From an uncultured Ruminococcus sp. (GTDB lineage Bacteria > Bacillota > Clostridia > Oscillospirales > Ruminococcaceae): a stretch of DNA of 33,892 nucleotides. Both the position numbers and the translations under genes were made by a program. Shown one piece after another: positions 27,666-33,892 of the stretch; the stretch's first letter is position 1, and each line of letters begins with the position of its first letter. The notes beneath the pieces were generated by a model. The model was given only the letters and a program-made list of their open reading frames with translations, was not told where the DNA came from and did not search any database. Location: contig CAYXNU010000001.1 of NCBI GenBank assembly GCA_964466485.1, forward strand, positions 1 to 33,892, in the 5' to 3' direction.

Positions 27666-28253
27666 CTATACTATACCCGCCTTGATAAAGTGTTTTTTCA
27701 TTAAATTAGTACCTAAAAAGCCCCCAACTAACGAACCTACTAGCACACTTAATAGCACTATTACAATTGCAGGTGTGGAAGTCATTAAAGTAAGTTTTTC
27801 CAAATATTCGTCACTAAAACCAGAATCCCTCATGGATTGCATATAACTGTTGGTAGTCAACCAAACTGGTAAAAAGTCACCGATAAAGCCATAACTAAAT
27901 AGTATAAATGCACCTATCTGTGTGGATTTCTTTTTGTAGTCGCCAAACTTTAAAATTAATTCTGCCAACAAACCAAACACAATGCAAGTAATAGTTATCA
28001 TGTAACTTGCCACAAAAAAGACTATTCCTGTTAATAACGATACCATAAAAACAGCACCCGTTTTGTGTATCTTTGCGATTAATAGCATAAATATAGGTGC
28101 TAATAATATCGCATCTATGAAGTGCGAGGCAAACCAAACTACTGGGGCTATACCGCCACAAATCATGAAAACCATCCTAATAGCAACGCATAAAGCCCCT
28201 ATTATGCCTATGGTGATAGCATCTTTGGATGTGATTTTTTTACTATTCTTCAA
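27666..28253 (-). CDS. Putative ECF transporter substrate-capture (S) component, possibly MptD/Trep_Strep family
   Basis: 195 aa, about 6 TM helices, first gene of the S-T-A set. The C-terminal ...LMKKHFIKAGIV resembles my memory of MptD-family proteins. TTG start with GGAGAG 6 nt upstream. It is not BioY-like. Confidence 0.6.
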   Translation of the reverse strand: MKNSKKITSKDAITIGIIGALCVAIRMVFMICGGIAPVVWFASHFIDAILLAPIFMLLIAKIHKTGAVFMVSLLTGIVFFVASYMITITCIVFGLLAELILKFGDYKKKSTQIGAFILFSYGFIGDFLPVWLTTNSYMQSMRDSGFSDEYLEKLTLMTSTPAIVIVLLSVLVGSLVGGFLGTNLMKKHFIKAGIV

Positions 28254-28289
28254 TTAAAACTCTCCAATCTTTATATCAATTTATTAGTT

Positions 28290-28299
28290 AGCGTACGCT
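28290..28299. promoter_or_regulatory. Perfect 10-bp palindrome AGCGTACGCT in the operon leader (candidate operator)
   Basis: Self-complementary. It lies 11-21 nt downstream of the predicted minus-strand -10 box and 37 nt upstream of the S-component start codon. Confidence 0.4.
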
Positions 28300-28310
28300 T
28301 ACCGAGTAAT

Positions 28311-28340
28311 ATTATACTACACTGAAAATTTAAATACTAA
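28311..28340 (-). promoter_or_regulatory. Candidate promoter of the NRPS/transport operon (good -10, weak -35)
   Basis: On the minus strand, TATAAT (28316-28311) is preceded at 18 nt by TTAGTA (28340-28335), which matches TTGACA at 3 of 6 positions. Confidence 0.5.
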
Positions 28341-28366
28341 TCCAAAACGCTCAAAGTAATCCAAAA
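28338..28366. repeat. Two perfect 10-bp direct repeats TAATCCAAAA with a 19-bp period (candidate AraC-type binding sites)
   Basis: Copies at 28338-28347 and 28357-28366. The proximal copy overlaps the weak -35 of the minus-strand promoter. The repeats lie between the divergent promoters. Confidence 0.55.
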
Positions 28367-28402
28367 ATGCAGATATATTTTTAAAACAACTTTCCCCACC
28401 AC

Positions 28403-28432
28403 TTGACAAAAACCACTAGTTTATGTTATAAT
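28403..28432 (+). promoter_or_regulatory. Strong sigma-70-type promoter upstream of the AraC-family gene
   Basis: TTGACA (28403-28408), 18-nt spacer ending in the extended -10 TGT, then TATAAT (28427-28432). This predicts a leader of about 190 nt before ATG 28631. Confidence 0.65.
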
Positions 28433-28630
28433 AGCTTTAGATGAGCTGTTAAAAAAGTATTTGTTTGAATGTTTTTTAGGACAAATACTTTCAACTAGAT
28501 TATATTTTTATATTGATAAAGCTATGTTTTACGTCAAAATAGAACATATTATATATTGTATTTGAGTTAGCTTAGGCTAACTAAATTATATTAAAAAATT
28601 TAAATCAATATAAAACGGGAGTGTTATTTT

Positions 28631-29581
28631 ATGAGTAAAAATCAAGTTTTCAAAGAGTTTTCTAACCTAAACGATTGTACAATATACAGGTACACACAAG
28701 GCGAAAAAGAAAGCACTATAAATACCATAAGCGTATTTAATGGTATTAATATAATATTAATGAACTTAAACTCTTGTAATATTGCACCTGATATATCTAT
28801 GTACAAGCCTAATAACATTCTATTAATAAACCTGTGCATATTTGGAAGATGTGAAATGACTCTAAGGAACAACCAAAAAACCTCGCTAAATGCAGACGAA
28901 ATCTCATTTAATATAACATATCCCTCTAAGTGCAACTACCCCTTTGGTTACTATAAAGAAATAGGCTTACTAATAGATTTTAACTCCCTTGATATCGATA
29001 CTAAAAAAATGCTCTCTAGATTTAACATTAATCTTGAAAAAATTCAAAAATATATCATAAACCAAAATGGATATAAAATATACAACATAGGCAAAAACCA
29101 AAAGTTGAAATCTATCATAAAAACATTAACTCTCCAAAATGACTTAATAGAGTACAGATTATCCACATTAAAGATACTATACAACATTTCAAAGTATATA
29201 GATATTTTCATATCTAGCGAACAGGCTTACTTGCCTAGTTTGAAAATAGATATAGTACAAAAAGTGCGTTTAAAAATCTGTGGCGATTTAAAAAAGCATT
29301 ATTCAACAAAAGACCTATCAAATGAGTTTAATATTAGCAGTAGCACCCTTGAAAGATATTTCAAGGCAGTATATGGCATAAGCATTTCTAAGTTTCTCCA
29401 AAAAGAACGCATGAACGTTGCTAGTAACTTGCTAAAAGACACAACCATGAAAATCTCCGATATTGCGTACTCTGTGGGATATGAAAACCAAAGTAAGTTT
29501 ACCGCAACTTTCAAAAAAACTTTTGGTGAAACTCCTAACAACTTTAGGAAGTTCAATAGGCATATATTAAACGCCAATTAG
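28631..29581 (+). CDS. AraC/XylS-family transcriptional regulator
   Basis: C-terminal double HTH: STKDLSNEFNISSSTLERYFKAVYGISISKFLQKERMNVASNLLKDTTMKISDIAYSVGYENQSKFTATFKKTFGETPNNFR. The N-terminal ~200 aa are not assignable. RBS GGGAG upstream. Confidence 0.88.
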   Translation: MSKNQVFKEFSNLNDCTIYRYTQGEKESTINTISVFNGINIILMNLNSCNIAPDISMYKPNNILLINLCIFGRCEMTLRNNQKTSLNADEISFNITYPSKCNYPFGYYKEIGLLIDFNSLDIDTKKMLSRFNINLEKIQKYIINQNGYKIYNIGKNQKLKSIIKTLTLQNDLIEYRLSTLKILYNISKYIDIFISSEQAYLPSLKIDIVQKVRLKICGDLKKHYSTKDLSNEFNISSSTLERYFKAVYGISISKFLQKERMNVASNLLKDTTMKISDIAYSVGYENQSKFTATFKKTFGETPNNFRKFNRHILNAN

Positions 29582-29604
29582 TGTTAATTCAAAATAGATA
29601 TAGA

Positions 29605-29635
29605 AAAATCCACTCCAAATACAGAGTGGTTTTTC
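29605..29635. terminator. Bidirectional terminator between the convergent AraC and bioB genes
   Basis: A-run, CCACTC (29610-29615), 8-nt loop, GAGTGG (29624-29629), then TTTTT. Confidence 0.55.
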
Positions 29636-29652
29636 TACTATATAACGTTAAG

Positions 29653-30615
29653 TTATCTTGAAATGTCAAAGCCCATTTCTGTTAGCATTTGCAAATCGTC
29701 CTTGATATTGTTGCCAGAAGTAGTAAGCATATCGCCTGTAATGGTAGCGTTTGCACCGCAATTGAAAGCTACTTTTCCTGAGTTTTCCATGGAGTTACGA
29801 CCTCCCGCAAGTCTAACGTCAACGGTTGGATTGATGTATCTAAACATTGCTATAGTTCTCAAAATATCGTCAGTGCTAATAGGTGCTTGATTTTCAAGTG
29901 GAGTACCCTTAATAGGCATCAACACGTTAATAGGAATGGAGTCAACCTGTAGTTCGGATAGGCTTATAGCCATATCTAATCTATCTTCCCACGTTTCGCC
30001 CATGCCTATAATACCCCCTGAACAGACACGGAAACCAACGCTCTTAGCACGTTTTATACAAGCTATCTTGTCGTCGTAGGTGTGGGTTGTGCATATATTA
30101 GGGAAGTTTCTCTTAGAAGTTTCTATGTTTGAGTGGTACATTCTAACACCGCTATCCCAAAGCTTTTGGAACTGTTCGGTAGTTAGTAAGCCATGTGAAG
30201 CACATAGTTCTATATCGCATTCATGGTTCATTCTGTCATAGGCATTTATAGCCTTGTCGAAATCCTTACCGCTTAGGGTTCTACCAGCGGTAACTATGGA
30301 ATATCTATGTACCCCTTGACTTGCATTCTTTTTGCAATCTTCTATTATTGTGTCAACGTCTAAGAAATCATACTCATTTACACCTGTGCAGTTGTGTCCA
30401 GACTGTGCACAGAACTTACAGTTTTCACTACATTTTCCGCTACGTCCATTTATGATAGTACATAAATCCACATGGTTACCACATAGATTTTTTCTAATTT
30501 CGTCAGCACCCTCACAGAGTTCTTTAAGGTCAGCAGTTAGAAAAAATTCCAAATCTTCTCCACGTTGTATACGTCTGCCATTGATAATTTCTTTTGCTAA
30601 AGATTTAACGTTCAT
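29653..30615 (-). CDS. bioB: Biotin synthase (radical SAM)
   Basis: CSENCKFCAQS (CxxxCxxC), YHSNIETS, GGIIGMGET, and a typical length of 320 aa. Confidence 0.9.
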   Translation of the reverse strand: MNVKSLAKEIINGRRIQRGEDLEFFLTADLKELCEGADEIRKNLCGNHVDLCTIINGRSGKCSENCKFCAQSGHNCTGVNEYDFLDVDTIIEDCKKNASQGVHRYSIVTAGRTLSGKDFDKAINAYDRMNHECDIELCASHGLLTTEQFQKLWDSGVRMYHSNIETSKRNFPNICTTHTYDDKIACIKRAKSVGFRVCSGGIIGMGETWEDRLDMAISLSELQVDSIPINVLMPIKGTPLENQAPISTDDILRTIAMFRYINPTVDVRLAGGRNSMENSGKVAFNCGANATITGDMLTTSGNNIKDDLQMLTEMGFDISR

Positions 30616-30690
30616 TATACGATTATCCTTTCATGGGTTATATTTTTTCATGATACCAGTTATAACATCAACTGATATCGCAACAAAACT

Positions 30691-30719
30691 ATTATAGCAC
30701 CATTGCAAGGAAAAGTCAA
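30691..30719 (-). promoter_or_regulatory. Sigma-70-type promoter for bioB
   Basis: On the minus strand, TTGACT (30719-30714), 17-nt spacer ending in TGC, then TATAAT (30696-30691). Confidence 0.65.
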
Positions 30720-30775
30720 CTAGATTTTTATTTTTAGGTGACAAATACTATTTATGGCATTACATCGAATTCACG

Positions 30776-32380
30776 TTACTTTAATCTCACGGTGTAAGTA
30801 TCATCGCCGTAGCCACCCAAAATACATACCACTGGAAGTTCAAGAGCGTTCTCATCTATTACAAAACCTATCTTCATAGTGCGAGTTTCATTAGGCTGTA
30901 GAGTTATGCAGTATGCAGACTTGTTGTAGTTTTCGTAGCTGTCGAAAGCAACGGGTTCGTTCAAGCATTGGAACATATTACTATAGTTTAGACTAAACTG
31001 TCTATAGAACTCTTGTTCGGTGTCTGTAGTGCTTGTGATAGTAGCATCCACAATAATAGCCTTGTAACCATCCTTTATGTTTCCGTTTTCGTCAAGATAT
31101 TCACTTGCAGTATTGCTAACTTGTAAGCCGTCAAAGTTATCTGCTATGGTGTAGCCGTCTATGCTTAGATTGAAACCATAGCCGTCATCATCATTGTAAG
31201 TAAAGGTATCTTCCCCGACTGTTGGAATATCTTTGAAATCTTCTTCAAGTTTAGCGTTTACTAAACTCTTAACCTCATCCATAGGGGGATTGTATATAGG
31301 TTCTACATCTACATAGCATTGACCGTTTGCAACGTCTAAGCCAGTATTAAAGCCACGTTCTATAGGCACTTCAAAGGAGTATACAGCATCTGCTTGAGTG
31401 TCGTTGTAAAGCCCTACAGTTATGGAAGTAGCACCTATCATAGGGGTTTCATACTTTGGACTGGATGTATCGCTATTCCAGTTTAGTTCTTTGCCAGTGC
31501 TGTCATGTAGAAGAATATAGAAACCCTCTTGACAGTCTATATCTATAGTAGTTCCCGCAGGTGATACCGTCACGCTGTGTAGAGTATTTCCCCCTTGAGT
31601 CTGTTCTACGGAGTAGGTATCTAGTTGGGGGTTGGTGCTAGTAATCTCAAAGCTTGTAGATACTACATCGTCTAGATACTTGTTATCTCCTACACGAGTT
31701 CTACTTTCATAGTAAAGGTTGTCATAGTTAAAGTCTTGATGGATACTGTCAAAAGCTGTATTAACTCTAAAGTCTATATCTACAGTAGCACCTTCGATGT
31801 TTTCAACGTTGGAAATATCCACGTTGATTTTTCCAACGAATAGCCCTAACTCGTCACTACTTGCGGTAAAAGTGTCAGTAGACTTCTCACCATTTTCTAA
31901 AGATTCCCCATTAATCTTGATATCCATACCACCGTACATACAGTTGCACTGTGCTAAATCTTCAGCGTTGGCTTGAATGCCGTACGTTATATATAGTGAA
32001 CTATCATCGCAGTAGTAGCTGTAGATGTATGGAGTTATGCAGTGTTCGTATGATGTAGTATCAGCGTTGGCGGATTGTGTAACGTCTATAGCGTAATCGT
32101 TAGTGGGGTTTACCTCGTTGCGTTGTTGAATCTTAGCTACTAGGCTTTCAAATATAGTAGTATTGTCTGCCATGACTGGTAGTGCCATTGTGGATACTCC
32201 TACCACAGCCACCAAACACGCAGAGAATATTGCCACTTTTCTGCCCTTGCGAGTAGTGTTCTTTAGTGGTGTTTTTTCTTGATTTTTCATTTCATCTTCT
32301 ACCTTTCTAAGTATGCGATACTGTAAGTTATCGTTGGGTTTAAAGTTGTCTATTGCATGAATAAAGTCCTTCTTTTCCAT
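30776..32380 (-). CDS. Putative anti-sigma factor: single-pass membrane protein with a large extracytoplasmic domain
   Basis: It lies immediately downstream of, and overlaps, the ECF sigma gene. Short cytoplasmic N-terminus, TM segment VAIFSACLVAVVGVSTMALPVMA, and about 460 aa outside the membrane. No enzymatic motif recognised. Confidence 0.5.
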   Translation of the reverse strand: MEKKDFIHAIDNFKPNDNLQYRILRKVEDEMKNQEKTPLKNTTRKGRKVAIFSACLVAVVGVSTMALPVMADNTTIFESLVAKIQQRNEVNPTNDYAIDVTQSANADTTSYEHCITPYIYSYYCDDSSLYITYGIQANAEDLAQCNCMYGGMDIKINGESLENGEKSTDTFTASSDELGLFVGKINVDISNVENIEGATVDIDFRVNTAFDSIHQDFNYDNLYYESRTRVGDNKYLDDVVSTSFEITSTNPQLDTYSVEQTQGGNTLHSVTVSPAGTTIDIDCQEGFYILLHDSTGKELNWNSDTSSPKYETPMIGATSITVGLYNDTQADAVYSFEVPIERGFNTGLDVANGQCYVDVEPIYNPPMDEVKSLVNAKLEEDFKDIPTVGEDTFTYNDDDGYGFNLSIDGYTIADNFDGLQVSNTASEYLDENGNIKDGYKAIIVDATITSTTDTEQEFYRQFSLNYSNMFQCLNEPVAFDSYENYNKSAYCITLQPNETRTMKIGFVIDENALELPVVCILGGYGDDTYTVRLK

Positions 32381-32852
32381 AGTCTGTATCCTCCTGTAAA
32401 TCTAATTTAAGCTTTTCCCTACCACGTTTTAGACGCATCTTAATAGCCGACCTACTAAGTTTTAAAGCTGTTGCTATCTCATCTATAGAGTAGCCCTCGT
32501 AGTAGTATAGGTACAAGACTACTCTATACTTAGGCTGTAGATTGTATAGCTTTTCGGTAACTATGTTGGTGTTGTCGTCGGTGTAGGGCATTTCTTGAAT
32601 GGTTTCTATGCCTACAGTGTTTCTGTTCCAAAAAGTACCCAAATGGTTTTTACAAGCGTTAATAGTAACCCTAATAATCCAATAACGCTCATGCTGTGGG
32701 CTTTCAAACTGTGGTGCATTAGTGAATAACTTTACAAATACATCTTGAGTTATATCTTCCGCATCGGATTGATTGCCTAGGTACGTCATGGAAAGTTTAA
32801 ACACTAAATCGCTATAAGTGGAGTACTTTTCTTCAAAGAGTCTGTTATCCAT
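32340..32852 (-). CDS. ECF-subfamily (sigma-70 family) RNA polymerase sigma factor
   Basis: Region 2-like DAEDITQDVFVKL...ERYWIIRVTINACKN and region 4 HTH YYYEGYSIDEIATALKLSRSAIKMRLKRGREKL. ATG 32852 has AAGGAGG 9 nt upstream, so it is preferred over 32888. Confidence 0.85.
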   Translation of the reverse strand: MDNRLFEEKYSTYSDLVFKLSMTYLGNQSDAEDITQDVFVKLFTNAPQFESPQHERYWIIRVTINACKNHLGTFWNRNTVGIETIQEMPYTDDNTNIVTEKLYNLQPKYRVVLYLYYYEGYSIDEIATALKLSRSAIKMRLKRGREKLKLDLQEDTDYGKEGLYSCNRQL

Positions 32853-32947
32853 TGCCTTTAACCTCCTTTCAATATAGATACAAACCAAAGCTAAAAAAAG
32901 TCACATAAAAGATAAGATTTATTTTTTGTTTTTTTTTGGAAATTTTA

Positions 32948-32976
32948 TTGACAAATAAAAAACTTTATGTTAAAAT
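32948..32976 (+). promoter_or_regulatory. Sigma-70-type promoter for the downstream secreted-protein gene
   Basis: TTGACA (32948-32953), 17-nt spacer ending in TGT, then TAAAAT (32971-32976). Confidence 0.6.
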
Positions 32977-33021
32977 TAGTAATATATATAATACCCATAA
33001 AAATAAACAGGAGGATTCAAT

Positions 33022-33892
33022 ATGAAAAAAATTATTGCTTTAATTGCAACTTTTACAATCATTAGCAGTAATGCTCTCCTTGTAGATGCATACTCAAACA
33101 ACGACAGTCAGTACGACATCTTAGACGTTATTCAAGTGAAAAACGCCATACTAAATGGTGACTATCATGCAGAATTTGACACGAACGAAGATGGCAAAAT
33201 AACTAATCTTGATTTGCTAGTATGTAAAAAATCCCTATTGGATGTAAGTTCTACCACAACTAGTGAGTTTACTTATTCTATTAACGCTATATTCAGTTAT
33301 GGTAATTACGACTACTCCAAAAACGATAATAACTACTATATAGTAACATCCTATGACGAACTAGTCGAACTTGAAAGCAACAGACCTATCTTTGAAGAAC
33401 AACCTATTTCCACCCCACTATTAAGTGATACTTATGGTAAAGATTACTTTGAAGATAATGTGCTATGTATAGCCCTATCACGACGTGCTAGTGGTAGTTA
33501 CTCATCAAGTGTAGATAGCGTTACTTGTCAAGGTGGTGTAATCACTATGGACATAGGCACATACATGGAAAAGAACGGCACTGCAACTTGCGATTTGCAT
33601 ATTGACATATTCCTTGCGGAAATTCCAAAGGCTTGTTACAATGGCGAAACTTTCGAGGTAACAAGCACCGACCACTACTATAAAAACTTCGCTCCTAAAG
33701 CTGAAGTAATTACTGGCAACTACTCCTACGGCGATAATTCTCAACTAATAAAATCCTATGAAGATATACTAGCTTTTGAAAGTGAATATGGCTTTTCTCT
33801 ACCTGATACTTACGACGAAAGCTATTTTGAAAATAAGATACTATACGTTCAAGGGGTATCATCTTTAAATAGTGATAGCACTATACAAGTTA
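33022..33892 (+). CDS. Secreted protein with an N-terminal dockerin-like Ca-binding repeat; 3' end truncated by the window edge
   Basis: Not in the ORF track because no stop is reached. My own translation from ATG 33022 (AGGAGGA RBS) stays open to 33892. Signal peptide MKKIIALIATFTIISSNALLVDA. DTNEDGKITNLDLLVCKKSLL fits the dockerin loop DxNxDGxIxxxD. Confidence 0.7.
   Translation, partial: MKKIIALIATFTIISSNALLVDAYSNNDSQYDILDVIQVKNAILNGDYHAEFDTNEDGKITNLDLLVCKKSLLDVSSTTTSEFTYSINAIFSYGNYDYSKNDNNYYIVTSYDELVELESNRPIFEEQPISTPLLSDTYGKDYFEDNVLCIALSRRASGSYSSSVDSVTCQGGVITMDIGTYMEKNGTATCDLHIDIFLAEIPKACYNGETFEVTSTDHYYKNFAPKAEVITGNYSYGDNSQLIKSYEDILAFESEYGFSLPDTYDESYFENKILYVQGVSSLNSDSTIQV

Noticed and set aside
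27666-28253. The S component as BioY, given that bioB is nearby.
   Set aside because: The sequence shows no BioY-like conserved blocks. The gene is translationally linked to its own T and ATPase genes in the NRPS operon and is separated from bioB by the AraC gene and a terminator.
28441-28452. A mini-ORF ATG-AGC-TGT-TAA (Met-Ser-Cys-stop) at the start of the AraC leader, tempting as a Cys-sensing leader peptide.
   Set aside because: No RBS precedes it and it sits at the predicted +1. Three codons in AT-rich DNA are expected by chance.
28454-28491. The 11-bp-stem hairpin in the AraC leader as an intrinsic terminator, attenuator or riboswitch.
   Set aside because: No U-tract follows it, I could trace no alternative antiterminator pairing, and it has no resemblance to a riboswitch core I know. 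It is mentioned only as structure within the regulatory-region finding.
28254-28630. A Fur/DtxR/Zur box, as expected for a siderophore-like operon.
   Set aside because: No convincing match to the 19-bp Fur consensus or other metal-regulator palindromes was found by eye. The absence is reported as an open question, not as a feature.
29653-30615. The radical-SAM gene next to the cluster as a possible tailoring enzyme (for example sulfur insertion or methylation).
   Set aside because: The motifs are those of bona fide biotin synthase (CxxxCxxC, YHSNIETS, GGIIGMGET). It has its own consensus promoter, and a terminator plus the AraC gene separate it from the operon.
30659-30666. A possible BirA/biotin operator in the bioB leader (palindrome GTTATAAC).
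   Set aside because: It is only an 8-bp AT-rich palindrome. I could not find the longer inverted repeat expected for a BirA operator. This cannot be supported without a PWM scan.
33505-33744. Minus-strand 79-aa ORF from the ORF track.
   Set aside because: It lies antisense within the longer plus-strand ORF that starts at 33022 with a strong RBS, signal peptide and promoter. It has no RBS or motif of its own.
1-33892. Mobile-element boundaries, integrase or transposase genes, tRNA insertion sites, or flanking direct repeats that would mark the NRPS locus as an island.
   Set aside because: None recognised. The block is bounded only by terminators. Island status would need comparative genomics and compositional statistics that I cannot compute here.

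Overview
The window is AT-rich and looks like a low-GC Firmicutes/Clostridia genome. A dockerin-like module, a serpin lipoprotein and Gram-positive RBS and promoter signals suggest a gut or rumen anaerobe, but that is inference only. The centre is one tightly packed minus-strand operon of 14 genes, about 24.6 kb (28253 down to 3672). It encodes a nonribosomal peptide assembly line of the aryl-capped poly-thiazoline (pyochelin/yersiniabactin-like) type. The biosynthetic genes are:
- a stand-alone EntE/YbtE-type aryl-acid adenylase;
- a 2588-aa NRPS (ArCP-Cy-A-T-Cy-A[MT insert]-T);
- a 1121-aa NRPS (TubC-like docking domain-Cy-A-T);
- a free-standing condensation protein;
- a thioesterase with a Cys nucleophile (GHCTG) fused in frame to a carrier protein;
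- a second, canonical type II thioesterase interrupted by an in-frame TAA;
- an Sfp-type PPTase;
- a saccharopine-dehydrogenase-like reductase.
All three A domains carry readable Cys-type signatures. The operon also holds a pair of fused permease-ATPase ABC genes, a dedicated ECF-type transporter (S, T and duplicated ATPase) and a terminal cysE. A divergent AraC-family regulator sits across a 377-bp control region that contains direct repeats and a palindrome. Flanking genes are a GH31 glycosidase, a serpin lipoprotein, bioB, an ECF sigma/anti-sigma pair and a partial secreted dockerin-like protein. I recognised no rRNA, tRNA, CRISPR array, transposase or integrase. All family calls rest on motifs read by eye from the translations; no database search was possible.
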